Source of the DNA: Candidatus Rokubacteria bacterium 13_2_20CM_69_15_1
Lineage (GTDB): Bacteria; Methylomirabilota; Methylomirabilia; Rokubacteriales; CSP1-6
Direction: 5' to 3'
Length of the DNA: 55,189 nucleotides
Assembly: GCA_001914535.1 (NCBI GenBank)
Contig: MNCR01000094.1
Coordinates: 8,447 to 63,635, forward strand
Made by a program: the position numbers and the translations under genes. Under the pieces are notes generated by a model. The model did not search any database. It was not told the DNA's origin and saw only the letters and a program-made list of their open reading frames with translations. This document shows positions 17,192 to 27,583 of this stretch, piece after piece (the stretch's first letter is position 1; each line of letters opens with the position of its first letter).

Positions 17192-17288
17192 ATCGAAGGG
17201 GGCCTCTGACCGACGGGCTCCGCCCTCTGGGGCCCCCTCCGAGCCTCCCCCAGGATTCGATTGCGCCGGCGGAGCCGGCGCTCGAACC
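17192..17288 (-). repeat. structured two-hairpin intergenic element (family D, copy 2, inverted orientation)
   Basis: It contains GCGCCGGC-gga-GCCGGCGC (17263-17281) and AGGGGGCC...GGCCCCCT (17197-17238). Its reverse complement aligns with 7742-7830. Confidence 0.75.
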
Positions 17289-17347
17289 ACGCGAAGCACG
17301 GCCACCCGCGGCTCGTCGCGGCACCTGCGTGTAGTAGAGTAACCACT

Positions 17348-18565
17348 GTGCTGAGCGTAGAAGAGGCGCTTGACCAGATTCTTTCACGCATACGGCCACT
17401 CGGGACGGAGCTCGTCGAGCTCACCGCGGCCCTGGGGCGCGTGCTCGCGGAGCCGGTCGTCTCGCGCCGCGAGCTCCCGCCGTGGCCCAACTCGTCGATG
17501 GACGGCTACGCGATCCGCGCAGACGACACGCGCGCGGGCGGCGCGGAGCTGGTGGTGGTGGGCCGGATCATCGCCGGGTCCATGCCCGCGCGGGCGCTGC
17601 GGTCGGGTGAGGCGATGCGGATCTTCACGGGCGCGCCGCTACCCGACGGGGCGGACGCCGTCGTGCCGCAGGAGGACGTCACCGGTGACGACGCGCGTGT
17701 CACGATCCCCGAGCGCGTCGAGGCCGGCGCGTTCGTGCGGCGCGCGGGCGAGGACGTCCGCGCCGGTGACGTCGTCGTGGAGGCGGGGCAGACGATCTCC
17801 GCGGCGGAGGTCGGCCTGCTGGCGGCCCTCGGCGACGCGCGCGTGCGTGTCTACCGCCGGCCACGCGTCGCCGTGCTCTCGACCGGCAACGAGCTCGCCG
17901 AGCTCGGCACCGAGCCCGAACCGGGCCAGATCCCGAACACGAACACCTACGCGCTCATGGCGCAGGCGGTCGAGGCGGGCGCTCTACCGGTGAGCCTCGG
18001 CGTGGCGCCGGACCGGCTCGAGGCGATCGTGGAGCGGATCCGCTGGGCGGCATCGGCCGACATGCTCGTGTCCTCGGCTGGCGTGTCGGTGGGCGAGCTC
18101 GACCTCGTGCGGGAGGCGCTCGTTCGGTGCGGGGCCGAGCTCCACCTGTGGAAGGTGGCGATGCGTCCCGGCAAGCCGATCACGTTCGGCTCGCTGGCGG
18201 ACCGGCCCGTCTTCGGGCTGCCCGGGAACCCCGTGTCGGCGATGGTGACTTTCGAGCTCTTCGTGCGTCCCGCGCTTCGGAAGATGGCGGGGTGGAGCGC
18301 GGTCGACCGGCCCCGCATCTGGGCGCGGGTGTTGGAGCCGATCCGGAACCCCGGCGGCCGGCGCGGCTACCTCCGGGTGACGCTCGCGCGGGACGGCAGG
18401 GAGTACGGCGCGCGGCTCACCGGCGATCAGGGCTCCGGGATCCTCCGCTCCATGGTGCGTGCCGATGGCCTCGCAGTAGTGGCACCGGATACGATCGTGC
18501 CGGTGGGCGAGCGCGTGGAGGTCATCCTGCTCCGAGCGCTCGAGCCTCGCGCGCCCGGCCGTTGA
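17348..18565 (+). CDS. moeA: molybdopterin molybdenumtransferase MoeA
   Basis: The GTG at 17348 gives VLSVEEALDQIL..., a typical MoeA N terminus. Motifs: SSMDGYA, TGAPLPDGADAVV, STGNEL, and GLPGNPVSA. Confidence 0.9.
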   Translation: MLSVEEALDQILSRIRPLGTELVELTAALGRVLAEPVVSRRELPPWPNSSMDGYAIRADDTRAGGAELVVVGRIIAGSMPARALRSGEAMRIFTGAPLPDGADAVVPQEDVTGDDARVTIPERVEAGAFVRRAGEDVRAGDVVVEAGQTISAAEVGLLAALGDARVRVYRRPRVAVLSTGNELAELGTEPEPGQIPNTNTYALMAQAVEAGALPVSLGVAPDRLEAIVERIRWAASADMLVSSAGVSVGELDLVREALVRCGAELHLWKVAMRPGKPITFGSLADRPVFGLPGNPVSAMVTFELFVRPALRKMAGWSAVDRPRIWARVLEPIRNPGGRRGYLRVTLARDGREYGARLTGDQGSGILRSMVRADGLAVVAPDTIVPVGERVEVILLRALEPRAPGR

Positions 18566-18599
18566 CTTCGTTTTCGTACGCGTGCTACGGTCGCCGCGA

Positions 18600-19454
18600 A
18601 TGAATCGCGCCCTTGCCGTGCTGGCCGTCAGCGCTGTCGTCGCGACCGGCTGCGCAACCCAGGGCGCGGTGAACCAGCTCCGCTTCGACGTCACCCAGGT
18701 CCGCTCCGAGCTTGCCGACATGCGATCCACGCAAGCGAGCGCGGGCCAGAACGCCGGCCGCGCCACCGCTGACGTGCAGGTGCTCGACGCGCGCACGCGG
18801 GAGCTCACCGGCACGGTGCGCGAGACCACCGACGAGGTCGCGCGACTCGGCGCGCGCGTCGCAGTGACCGAGGAGGCGATGCGTACGATTCGGGCGCGGG
18901 TCGAGGCGCTCGCGATGCCGCCGCCGGCACCACCGCCGGCTTCGCCCGTCGCGCCACCGCCGGCGCCCGCCGTCACGCCGCCACCGGCGCCGCCGCCGGC
19001 GAGGCCGGCGACGCCACGGCCAGCGCCGGTGGTCGCCCCGCAGGTCGAGCGGCGCGCACGCGAGCCCGGGCCGGGGGCCGCGGAGCGGGGGTACGCCGCG
19101 GCGATGGCAACCTTCCGCGCGCGTGAGCACGGCCAGGCAGTACTCGATCTCCTCGATTTTCTCGCCCGGTACCCACGACACCCACTCGCCGGAAACGCGC
19201 AGTACTGGATCGGCGAGGCGTATTACCTGCAGCACGACTACCGCCAGGCGCTGGTGGAGTTCCAGAAGGTGCTCGACCTCGGTCTGGGGAAGATGCCAGA
19301 GGCGCTCGTGAAGATCGGCCTGTGCCACCTGAGCCTGCGTGATGCGAACCGCGCGCGGCAGACGTGGCAGCGGATCGTGCGCGAGTATCCTCAATCGGAG
19401 TCCGCTGTGGCCGCGAGGACGCTTCTCCGCAACCACGCCGCCGCCCGGCGCTAG
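18600..19454 (+). CDS. cpoB: Tol-Pal system protein CpoB/YbgF-like lipoprotein with a Pro/Ala-rich linker
   Basis: It has a signal peptide plus lipobox (AVVATGC), a coiled-coil region, a PAPPP-rich linker, and C-terminal TPR repeats with NAQYWIGEAYY. Confidence 0.7.
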   Translation: MNRALAVLAVSAVVATGCATQGAVNQLRFDVTQVRSELADMRSTQASAGQNAGRATADVQVLDARTRELTGTVRETTDEVARLGARVAVTEEAMRTIRARVEALAMPPPAPPPASPVAPPPAPAVTPPPAPPPARPATPRPAPVVAPQVERRAREPGPGAAERGYAAAMATFRAREHGQAVLDLLDFLARYPRHPLAGNAQYWIGEAYYLQHDYRQALVEFQKVLDLGLGKMPEALVKIGLCHLSLRDANRARQTWQRIVREYPQSESAVAARTLLRNHAAARR

Positions 19455-19485
19455 CGCGCCGGGCGGCTGTATCCGTCCGGATTCG

Positions 19486-19513
19486 TTGACCGGGCGGGTC
19501 CGTCCGATATACT
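19486..19513 (+). promoter_or_regulatory. candidate sigma70-type promoter for dprA-topA-xerC-hslVU
   Basis: TTGACC, then 16 nt, then TATACT, 25 nt upstream of the ATG at 19538. Confidence 0.4.
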
Positions 19514-19537
19514 GAGCATCCGCCACACCGCTGATCC

Positions 19538-20431
19538 ATGGACCGGCTCCATCCAGGTCATCCGGACTATCCCGACCTGCTCGGCGCGATCTCGTCGCCG
19601 CCGACGCTCCACGTGCGTGGCGCGCTCACCGAAGACGACGCGCTCGCGCTCGCGATCGTCGGCGCGCGCGCCGCCACGCCGTACGGCATTGAGGTGACCG
19701 AGCGGCTGGCCGGCGAACTCGCGGCGCGCGGTGTGACGATCGTGAGCGGCCTCGCGCGCGGCATCGACGCGGCGGCGCACCGGGGCGCGCTCGGCGCGGG
19801 CGGACGCACGGTCGCCGTCCTCCCGTGCGGCATCGATATCGTGTACCCGCCAGAGCACCGTGCACTCGCGCGCTCGATCGAGGCGCGGGGGGCGCTCCTG
19901 TCGCAGTTCGCGCCCGGCGTGCCGGCGCTTCCCGGCCACTTCCCGGCGCGAAACCGCACGCTCGCCGGGCTCAGCCTCGGCGTCGTCGTCGTGGAAGCGG
20001 CCGAGCGGAGCGGCGCCCTGATCAGCGCGGGGTTCGCGGCCGATCTCGGCCGCGAAGTGTTCGCCGTTCCAGGCAGAATCACATCCGCGACCAGCGCCGG
20101 AACGAACCGGCTCATCCAGGACGGTGCTAAACTGATTACTTGCTGGCAGGACGTCGTGTCAGAATTACCCGAGCCGTGGCGTCGGATGGTTCGCGCGTCG
20201 TCGCCGACGACGCAGGACCCGGCGCGGCCCGATGGCGAGAGTGACGAGGGCCGGATCCTGGCGATGTTGACGCCGGACGAACCGCAGCACATCGAGCGAC
20301 TGATCGCGCGCGGCGGGCTCGAGCCCGCGCGCGTGGCGGCGACGCTCGTGGCCCTCGAGCTGGGCGGATGGGCCCGGCAGCTTACGGGACAGCGATGGGT
20401 CTCGGTCGGCGAACGCGCAAGGAGAACGTAG
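19538..20431 (+). CDS. dprA: DNA processing protein DprA (Smf)
   Basis: 297 aa with the Rossmann-like core: AIVGARAATPYG, SGLARGIDAAAHRGAL, NRTLAGLS, VVVEAAERSGALI. Confidence 0.85.
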   Translation: MDRLHPGHPDYPDLLGAISSPPTLHVRGALTEDDALALAIVGARAATPYGIEVTERLAGELAARGVTIVSGLARGIDAAAHRGALGAGGRTVAVLPCGIDIVYPPEHRALARSIEARGALLSQFAPGVPALPGHFPARNRTLAGLSLGVVVVEAAERSGALISAGFAADLGREVFAVPGRITSATSAGTNRLIQDGAKLITCWQDVVSELPEPWRRMVRASSPTTQDPARPDGESDEGRILAMLTPDEPQHIERLIARGGLEPARVAATLVALELGGWARQLTGQRWVSVGERARRT

Positions 20432-22680
20432 TGGCAAAGCGATCGCTGGTGGTGGTGGAATCACCCACGAAGGTGAAGACGATCCAGAAGTATCTGGACT
20501 CGAGCTTCGTCGTCAAAGCGTCGATGGGCCATGTGCGCGATCTGCCGAAGTCGCAGCTCGGTGTCGATCCCAAGAAGGGCTTCAAGCCGAAGTACGTCGT
20601 CTCGCCGAGCAAGAAGAAGGTCCTCGACGAGCTGAAGAAGGCGGCGCTGAAGGCGGACGTGCTCTACGTCGCCACGGACCCCGACCGCGAGGGCGAGGCG
20701 ATCGGATGGCACCTGGCCCAGGAGCTCGACGTCGACAAGAAGAACGTCTATCGCATCACGTTCAACGAGATCACCGAACGGGCCGTGCGGGGAGCGTTCG
20801 CCAAGCCTGGGAAGATCGACCTCAAGAAGGTCGACGCGCAGCAGGCGCGCCGCGTGCTCGATCGTCTCGTCGGCTACAAGCTCTCGCCGCTCCTCTGGGA
20901 TAAGGTTCAGCGTGGGCTCTCGGCGGGACGCGTCCAGTCGGTCGCCGTCCGTCTGATCGTCGATCGCGAGCGCGCGATCCTGGCGTTCGTGCCGGTCGAG
21001 TACTGGTCGTTGCACGCGCGGCTCGCCGCCAAGCTCCCGCCCGAGTTCGTCGCGACGCTGAAGGAGGTCGGCGGCGAGAAGGCGTCGCTGTCGGACGAGA
21101 GCGCCACGCGCGCGCTCATGGCGTCGCTCGAGGGCGTCCCCTTCGTCGTCAAGTCGGTCACGCGTGGTGAGCGTCGCCGGAATCCGGTGCCGCCGTTCAT
21201 CACGTCGACCCTGCAGCAGGAGGCGGGTCGGAAGCACGGCTTCAGCGCCAGGAAAACGATGTCGGTTGCCCAGCAGCTCTACGAAGGAATCGACCTCGGA
21301 CCCGACGGTGCCACCGGCCTCATCACCTACATGCGGACCGACTCCGTCCGCGTGGCGCGCGAGGCGCAGGAGGAGGCACGGGGGTGGATCACGGCACGGC
21401 TGGGACGCGAGTACGTGCCCGACACGCCGCCCACGTATCGCTCGCGCGGGAGCGCCCAGGAGGCGCACGAAGCGGTTCGACCCTCCGAGGTCCGCTTCGA
21501 GCCCCGGAGTGTGGAGCGGTTCCTCACGAGGGACCAGCAGGTCCTCTACCGGCTCATCTGGGAACGCTTCATGGCGAGCCAGATGATGCCGGCGGTCTAC
21601 GATACCGTGTCGGCGGACATCTCGGCGGGCCGGTGCCTCTTCCGGGCTCAGGGCGCGACGCTCCGGTTCAAGGGCTTCACGGCCGTGTACGAGGAGAGCC
21701 GCGAGGACGACGCGCGGCCTGCCGAGGACGACGCCGAGAGCGCCGTCCCGCAGCTCGAGGAGGGCGAGGTGCTGCGGCTCCTGCTCCTCGATCCACGACA
21801 GCACTTCACGCAGCCGCCACCGCGCTTCACGGAGGCCTCGCTGATCAAGACCCTCGAGGAGCTCGGTATCGGCCGACCGTCCACGTACGCCTCCATCCTC
21901 GGCACGATCATCAACGACCGCGGCTACGTGCGTCGCGAGCGGAAGGCGCTCATTCCCACGGAGCTCGGCATCGAGGTGACCGACTTCCTGAAGCCCTTCT
22001 TCCCCGAGATCTTAGACGTCGAGTTCACCGCGCAGATGGAGGACTCGCTCGACAAGATCGAAGAGGGTGACCGGAAGTGGGTCGACACGGTCGCGGAGTT
22101 TTACCGGCAGTTCGAAAAGGACCTCAAGAAGGCGGCCAAGGAAGGGCGCAACGTCAAGGTCGGCGCGCCGACCGGGGAGAAGTGCCCCGACTGCGGCGAG
22201 GGGCTGGTCGAGCGCTGGAGCAGGTACGGGAAATTCATCGCCTGCTCGGCCTATCCCGACTGCAAATACAAACGGAACTTGCCCGGGAACGAGCGCGCCG
22301 AGGACCAGCCCACCGACGAGCTGTGCCCGACGTGCGGCAGGCCGATGGTCATCAAAGACGGCAAGTTCGGCAAGTTCATCGCGTGCTCGGGCTACCCGGA
22401 GTGCAAGACCACGAAACCCGTGACGCTCGGCATCGGGTGCCCCGAGCCGGGCTGCACCGGGCAGCTCGTCGAGCGCCGCTCTCGGCGCGGGCGCACCTTC
22501 TTCGGCTGCTCGGCGTACCCGAACTGTAAGTTCGTCGTCGGGCAGCGACCCATCCCGGAGCCGTGTCCCAAGTGTGGCGCCCCGTTCACGACCGAGCGTG
22601 CCACGCGCGGCCGCGTGGTCCGCCGATGCGCGCGCAAGGAGTGCGACTTCGAGCGGGAGGCCGAGACCTCGGTCGCATGA
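20431..22680 (+). CDS. topA: DNA topoisomerase I
   Basis: The GTG at 20431 follows an AAGGAG RBS and overlaps the dprA stop. It has the Toprim region LVVVESPTKVKTI, the active-site region YMRTDS, and four C-terminal Cys4 zinc ribbons. Confidence 0.95.
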   Translation: MAKRSLVVVESPTKVKTIQKYLDSSFVVKASMGHVRDLPKSQLGVDPKKGFKPKYVVSPSKKKVLDELKKAALKADVLYVATDPDREGEAIGWHLAQELDVDKKNVYRITFNEITERAVRGAFAKPGKIDLKKVDAQQARRVLDRLVGYKLSPLLWDKVQRGLSAGRVQSVAVRLIVDRERAILAFVPVEYWSLHARLAAKLPPEFVATLKEVGGEKASLSDESATRALMASLEGVPFVVKSVTRGERRRNPVPPFITSTLQQEAGRKHGFSARKTMSVAQQLYEGIDLGPDGATGLITYMRTDSVRVAREAQEEARGWITARLGREYVPDTPPTYRSRGSAQEAHEAVRPSEVRFEPRSVERFLTRDQQVLYRLIWERFMASQMMPAVYDTVSADISAGRCLFRAQGATLRFKGFTAVYEESREDDARPAEDDAESAVPQLEEGEVLRLLLLDPRQHFTQPPPRFTEASLIKTLEELGIGRPSTYASILGTIINDRGYVRRERKALIPTELGIEVTDFLKPFFPEILDVEFTAQMEDSLDKIEEGDRKWVDTVAEFYRQFEKDLKKAAKEGRNVKVGAPTGEKCPDCGEGLVERWSRYGKFIACSAYPDCKYKRNLPGNERAEDQPTDELCPTCGRPMVIKDGKFGKFIACSGYPECKTTKPVTLGIGCPEPGCTGQLVERRSRRGRTFFGCSAYPNCKFVVGQRPIPEPCPKCGAPFTTERATRGRVVRRCARKECDFEREAETSVA

Positions 22681-23552
22681 GCGACCCGCTGTCGGCGTTC
22701 CTGCGATACCTGTCGCTGGAGAAGGACGCGTCGCCTCACACGCTCCGGAGCTACCGCACTGATCTGGATCAGTTCCGTGTGTTCATCGGATCTGGGACGC
22801 CGCTCACCCAGGTCGACGGGCGCACGGTGCGCGCGTATCTGGCGCACCTGCACTCGCGTGGCCTCGACGCGTCGTCCGTCGCCCGGAAGCTCGCCGCGCT
22901 GCGGAGCTGGTTCCGCTTCCTCGTCCGGCGGGGGATGCTCACCCGCAACGTGGCCCGCGAGATTCGCGGGCCGCGCCTCGGGCGGAAGCTCGTGGGGTTC
23001 CTGCCGATCGACGAGGCGCTCATGCTGGTGGACGGGAAGGCGGTCGGCGGCGCCGCGCGCGAGCGGGACGTGGCGATCCTGGAGCTCCTGTACGCGACGG
23101 GGCTGCGCGTGTCCGAGCTGGCGGGCCTGGACGTGGACGACGTGGACCGGGCCGGGCTGACGGTGCGCGTGCTGGGCAAGGGGCGGAAGGAGCGGATCGT
23201 TCCCTTCGGCAGCCAGGCGGCGCGCGCGCTGGACGCCTACCTCGGACGGCGCGCCACGCGGTGCCCCACGCTCTTCACGAATGCGCGTGGGGGGCGGCTT
23301 TCTGCGCGCGCGATCCACGCGATCGTCCGCAAGAGCGCCGCGGCGTCGGGCATCGTGCGTCGGGTGAGCCCGCACACGCTCCGGCACACGTTTGCGACGC
23401 ATCTGCTCGACGCGGGCGCCGACCTGCGGGTCATCCAGGAGCTTCTCGGCCACAGCCGGCTCAGCACGACGCAGCGCTACACCCACGTCGGCGCCGACCA
23501 GCTCATGCGTGTCTACGACGCCGCCCACCCGCGCGCGCACACCACGTCATGA
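22677..23552 (+). CDS. xerC: tyrosine recombinase XerC/XerD
   Basis: The ATG at 22677 overlaps the topA TGA. The N-terminal SAM-like domain starts [22 protein letters not shown]. Catalytic R..HxxR..Y region: [13 protein letters not shown]...[15 protein letters not shown]. Confidence 0.9.
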   Translation: MSDPLSAFLRYLSLEKDASPHTLRSYRTDLDQFRVFIGSGTPLTQVDGRTVRAYLAHLHSRGLDASSVARKLAALRSWFRFLVRRGMLTRNVAREIRGPRLGRKLVGFLPIDEALMLVDGKAVGGAARERDVAILELLYATGLRVSELAGLDVDDVDRAGLTVRVLGKGRKERIVPFGSQAARALDAYLGRRATRCPTLFTNARGGRLSARAIHAIVRKSAAASGIVRRVSPHTLRHTFATHLLDAGADLRVIQELLGHSRLSTTQRYTHVGADQLMRVYDAAHPRAHTTS

Positions 23553-23614
23553 GCGGAGGTCGGGAGCCCCGCCGCACCCATGGCAGGCCCCCCGTGGTCC
23601 AATGGGGGCTCGAG

Positions 23615-24154
23615 GTGCCCGCGACAACATTCCACGCGACGACGGTGCTCGCGGTCCGCCATCGCGCCCAGGTGGCCCTCGCCGGTGACGGCCAGGTCTC
23701 CATCGGGAACGCCATCGTGAAGGCGGGCGCCAAGAAGGTGCGGAAGCTCTACCACGACCGCGTGCTGGCCGGCTTCGCCGGCACCGCGGCCGACGCCTTC
23801 ACGCTCTTCGCGCGCTTCGAGAGCCGGCTCGAGGAGCACCGGGGCAACCTCCCGCGCGCCGCGGTGGAGGTCGCCAAGGACTGGCGCACCGACCGCGTCC
23901 TCCGGCGGCTCGAGGCGTTGCTCGCGGTCGCCGACCGCGAGAGCTCGTTCATCATCTCGGGCAACGGCGACGTGATCGAGCCCGACGACGGCCTCGTCGG
24001 CATCGGCTCGGGCGGCCCGTACGCGCTCGCGGCGGCCCGCGCGCTGGTCGCGCACTCGGACCTCGACGCCAAGGGGATCGTGACCGAGGCGATGCGCATC
24101 GCCGCCTCGATCTGCGTCTTCACCAACGACCACATCAGCGTGGAAGTCCTGTGA
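23615..24154 (+). CDS. hslV: ATP-dependent protease subunit HslV (CodW-like N terminus)
   Basis: The core is [22 protein letters not shown], close to Bacillus CodW SSFHATTIFAV. The start is uncertain: GTG 23615, or ATG 23549 which overlaps the xerC stop. Confidence 0.85.
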   Translation: MPATTFHATTVLAVRHRAQVALAGDGQVSIGNAIVKAGAKKVRKLYHDRVLAGFAGTAADAFTLFARFESRLEEHRGNLPRAAVEVAKDWRTDRVLRRLEALLAVADRESSFIISGNGDVIEPDDGLVGIGSGGPYALAAARALVAHSDLDAKGIVTEAMRIAASICVFTNDHISVEVL

Positions 24155-25512
24155 GTCAGCAGCTGACGCTCACCCCGACGCAGATCGTCGGCGAGCTCGA
24201 CCGCTACATCGTTGGTCAGGAGAAGGCCAAGCGCGCCGTGGCGATCGCGCTGCGCAACCGCTGGCGGCGGCAGAACCTGCCGCCCGAGCTGCGAGACGAG
24301 GTCGCGCCGAAGAACATCATCATGATCGGCCCGACCGGCGTCGGGAAGACGGAAGTCGCCCGGCGGCTCGCGAAGCTCGCCCAGGCGCCCTTCCTGAAGG
24401 TCGAGGCCTCCAAGTATACCGAGGTCGGCTACGTGGGCCGCGACGTGGAGTCGATGGTCCGCGATCTCACCGAGCTGTCGGTGAACATGGTCAAGGCCGA
24501 GATGATGACACGCGTGCGGGAGAGGGCGGAGCAGCTCGCCGAGGACCGGCTTCTCGACCTCCTGCTGCCGAAGCGGACGCACGAGGCCTTCTCGTCGGGC
24601 TCGCTCGAGGAGGTCACGCCGGATGCCTCGCGCGAGACCACGAAGGACAAGCTCCGGGCCCAGCTCCGGGCGGGCCGGCTCGACGACCGGATCGTCGAGC
24701 TCGAGACGCAGCAGCAGGCGCTGCCGATGATCGAGGTACTCTCCGGTCAGGGCATGGAGGAGATGGGGATCCACCTGAAGGACATGCTGTCGAACCTCAT
24801 GCCGACACGAACCAAGCAGCGGCGCGTGAGGATCGCCGAGGCGCGGCGGCTCCTCCTCCAGGAGGAGGCGCAGAAGCTCGTCGACATGGAAGAGGTCGTC
24901 GCCCAGGCGATCCGGCGGGCCGAGAACTCGGGGATCGTCTTCCTCGACGAGCTCGACAAGATCGCCGGGCGCGAGGGGGGCCACGGCCCCGACGTCTCCC
25001 GCGAGGGCGTCCAGCGGGACCTGCTCCCGATCGTGGAGGGCTCGGCCGTCACGACCAAGTACGGGATCGTGCACACCGACCACGTCCTTTTCATCGCGGC
25101 CGGCGCCTTCCACATCGCGAAGCCCTCGGATCTCATCCCCGAGCTCCAGGGGCGCTTCCCGATCCGCGTCGAGCTCGACCCCTTGACGCGGGAGGATTTC
25201 GTCCGCATCCTGACGGAACCTCAGAACGCGCTGCTCAAGCAGTACACGGAGCTGCTCCGGACGGAGCAGGTGACGCTCCGGTTTGCGCCGGACGCGGTGG
25301 AGGCGATCGCGGAGATCGCGATGAGGGTGAACGCGAGCACGGAGAACATCGGGGCGCGGCGCCTCTACACGATCATGGAGCGGCTCCTGGAGGAGATCTC
25401 CTTCAACGCCCCGGAGATGCCTGGCAAGGAGTTGACCATCGACGCCGGCTACGTGTGGGGACGCCTCAGCGACATCACCCGTGACCAGGACCTGTCGAGG
25501 TACATCCTGTGA
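24151..25512 (+). CDS. hslU: ATP-dependent protease ATPase subunit HslU
   Basis: 453 aa. Walker A is GPTGVGKTE; also present are [11 protein letters not shown], the sensor regions, and the I-domain insertion. Confidence 0.95.
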   Translation: MSQQLTLTPTQIVGELDRYIVGQEKAKRAVAIALRNRWRRQNLPPELRDEVAPKNIIMIGPTGVGKTEVARRLAKLAQAPFLKVEASKYTEVGYVGRDVESMVRDLTELSVNMVKAEMMTRVRERAEQLAEDRLLDLLLPKRTHEAFSSGSLEEVTPDASRETTKDKLRAQLRAGRLDDRIVELETQQQALPMIEVLSGQGMEEMGIHLKDMLSNLMPTRTKQRRVRIAEARRLLLQEEAQKLVDMEEVVAQAIRRAENSGIVFLDELDKIAGREGGHGPDVSREGVQRDLLPIVEGSAVTTKYGIVHTDHVLFIAAGAFHIAKPSDLIPELQGRFPIRVELDPLTREDFVRILTEPQNALLKQYTELLRTEQVTLRFAPDAVEAIAEIAMRVNASTENIGARRLYTIMERLLEEISFNAPEMPGKELTIDAGYVWGRLSDITRDQDLSRYIL

Positions 25513-26375
25513 CGACGGACCCGAGGCGGGTCGAGGTACTCCTGGAGGCGCTCCCGTACATCCGGGAGTTCCGCGGCAAGACGGTGGTCATCAAGTACGG
25601 GGGGGCCGCCATGGAGCGCGCGGACCTCAAGGAGCCCTTCGCGCTCGACGTGATCCTGCTGCGCTTCGTGGGCATCCGGCCGGTCATCGTCCACGGCGGG
25701 GGCCCGCAGATCGGCGCCCTCATGAAGCGGCTCGGCAAGGAGCCTCGCTTCGTGGGTGGCATGCGGGTGACCGACGAGGAGACCGTCGAGATCGTCGAGA
25801 TGGTCCTGGTCGGCAAGATCAACAAGGCCATCGTCGGTCTGATCAACCACCTCGGCGGCAAGGCGGTGGGGCTCTCCGGAAAGGACGCGGGGCTGCTCCG
25901 CGCGCGCCGGCGGCCGCACCGGCTCCCGACCGGCGAAGAAGTGGACATCGGTCTCGTGGGCGAGATCGAGGCGGTGAACACCGAGCCGATCCGGTTGCTG
26001 GAGGACGCCGGGTTCGTCCCGGTCATCGCGCCGGTGGGTGTCGGCGCGGGCGGCGAGACGTACAACATCAACGCCGATCTGGTCGCCGGCGAGATCGCCG
26101 CGGCGCTGGGCGCCGAGAAGCTCATCCACCTCACGGACGTCCAGGGCATTCTCGACAGCGAAGCGCGCCTGATCAGCACGCTGAACCGGAAAGAGGCGGA
26201 GCGGCTCATGTCGGCGGCGGTGATCGAGGGCGGGATGCTTCCCAAGATCGAGTCGTCGCTGCGGGCGCTCGAGAGCGGAACCTCGAAGGCCCACATCATC
26301 GACGGCCGAGTCCCGCATGCGATCCTGCTCGAGTTGTTCACGCGCGAGGGCATCGGCACCGAGATCGTCCTCTAG
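25509..26375 (+). CDS. argB: acetylglutamate kinase
   Basis: 288 aa with [17 protein letters not shown] and [12 protein letters not shown]. Confidence 0.95.
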   Translation: MTTDPRRVEVLLEALPYIREFRGKTVVIKYGGAAMERADLKEPFALDVILLRFVGIRPVIVHGGGPQIGALMKRLGKEPRFVGGMRVTDEETVEIVEMVLVGKINKAIVGLINHLGGKAVGLSGKDAGLLRARRRPHRLPTGEEVDIGLVGEIEAVNTEPIRLLEDAGFVPVIAPVGVGAGGETYNINADLVAGEIAAALGAEKLIHLTDVQGILDSEARLISTLNRKEAERLMSAAVIEGGMLPKIESSLRALESGTSKAHIIDGRVPHAILLELFTREGIGTEIVL

Positions 26376-26389
26376 GAAAGGCGCGCGCC

Positions 26390-27583
26390 ATGGACACCAG
26401 AGAGCTCCTGGAGTGGGCGGCGAAGTACCACACCCCGAACTACGCGCGGGCGCCGATCTGCCTCGTCCGCGGCGACGGCGCCCGCGTGTGGGACTCCGAC
26501 GGCAAAGAGTACCTCGACTTCGGCGCCGGGATCGCGGTCGCCTCGCTCGGCCACTGCCACCCGCGCGTGACCGGCGCCATCCGTGAGGCGGCGGCGACGC
26601 TGCTTCACGTGTCCAACCTCTACCACACGGCGCCCCAGATCCACCTGGCGAAGCTCCTCTGCGAGCACTCCTTCGCCGACCGGGCCTTCTTCTGCAACTC
26701 GGGCGCCGAGGCGAACGAGGCCGCGCTCAAGCTGGCGCGCAAGTACGCCAAGGAGCGGCACGCGTCGGACCGCTACGAGGTGATCGCCACGCACAACTCC
26801 TTCCACGGCCGGACCTTCGCCACCGTGACGGCCACCGGCCAGGAGAAGTACCACCACGGTTTCGAGCCGCTCGTGCCCGGCTTCAAGCACGTGCCGTACA
26901 ACGACCTCCGCGCGATGGAGCGCGCGCTCGACAACCGCACGGCGGCGATCCTCGTCGAGCCGATCCAGGGGGAGGGGGGCGTCCACGTCCCCGACGACGA
27001 CTACCTGCCCGGTCTCCGGAAGCTCTGCGACGAGTCGGGGGCGCTCCTGATCTTGGACGAGATCCAGACCGGGGTCGCCCGCACCGGCACGCTCTGGGCG
27101 TACGAGCACTCGGGGATCGAGCCCGACATCATGACCCTCGCGAAGGCGCTCGCCAATGGGGTGCCCATCGGTGCCATGCTCGCGCGCGAGGAGGTCGCGC
27201 GGGCGCTTGGGCCGGGCACGCACGGCTCGACGTTCGGCGGGACGCCGTTCGTCACCTCCGTCGCGCTCGCGACGCTCCAGACGGTGATCGAGGAGAAGAT
27301 TCCGGAGCGCGCGGCGAAGATGGGGCGGCGCCTCGTGGGCGGACTGCGCGAACTGGCGCGTGGAGGGACGGGGATTCGCGAGGTGCGGGGGCGGGGCCTG
27401 CTCATCGGCGTCGAGCTCGACCGCCCGGTGAGCCCCATCGTCGACGCCTGTCGCGGGGCCGGACTGCTCGTCTTGTCGGCGGGCGAGAAGGTGCTGCGCC
27501 TCGCGCCGCCCCTGATCGTCGAGGAATCCCACTGCGACCGGGCGCTCGAGATCATCGGCGCGGCGCTCCGGTCCAAGGCCTGA
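26390..27583 (+). CDS. argD: acetylornithine aminotransferase
   Basis: The ATG at 26390 gives MDTRELLEWAAKYHTPNY. Motifs: SGAEANEAALKLARKY, DEIQTGVARTG, and the TLAKALANG PLP-Lys region. The tracked 700 aa ORF is an upstream extension over argB. Confidence 0.9.
   Translation: MDTRELLEWAAKYHTPNYARAPICLVRGDGARVWDSDGKEYLDFGAGIAVASLGHCHPRVTGAIREAAATLLHVSNLYHTAPQIHLAKLLCEHSFADRAFFCNSGAEANEAALKLARKYAKERHASDRYEVIATHNSFHGRTFATVTATGQEKYHHGFEPLVPGFKHVPYNDLRAMERALDNRTAAILVEPIQGEGGVHVPDDDYLPGLRKLCDESGALLILDEIQTGVARTGTLWAYEHSGIEPDIMTLAKALANGVPIGAMLAREEVARALGPGTHGSTFGGTPFVTSVALATLQTVIEEKIPERAAKMGRRLVGGLRELARGGTGIREVRGRGLLIGVELDRPVSPIVDACRGAGLLVLSAGEKVLRLAPPLIVEESHCDRALEIIGAALRSKA

Noticed and set aside
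17189-17347. A possible Moco riboswitch upstream of moeA (also considered for moaA).
   Set aside because: The spacer is explained by the family D repeat copy, and I could not recognise the Moco motif architecture. moaA has no 5' UTR at all, because its start overlaps the upstream stop.
18880-19030. A Pro/Ala-rich repetitive stretch inside cpoB as a tandem DNA repeat or surface-antigen-like module.
   Set aside because: It is imperfect low-complexity coding sequence (a PAPPP-type linker) between the coiled-coil and the TPR domain, which is common in YbgF/CpoB-like lipoproteins. There is no exact DNA periodicity.
22677-23552. The tyrosine recombinase as the integrase of a mobile element.
   Set aside because: It has a XerC/XerD-type N-terminal domain and sits in the conserved housekeeping context topA-xerC-hslV-hslU (codV-clpQ-clpY-like). 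No att repeats or cargo genes are present.
25481-26389. The 300-codon N-terminal extension of the argD ORF, and similar extensions at 38174-39112 (moaA), 8107-8589 (hemL), 20368-20430 (topA), 22563-22676 (xerC), 30738-31040 (plsY), 31244-31663 (gpsA) and 51464-51508 (korA).
   Set aside because: The extensions overlap the preceding, well-supported gene in another frame. Conserved family N termini begin at internal starts that coincide with stop-start overlaps or RBS motifs.
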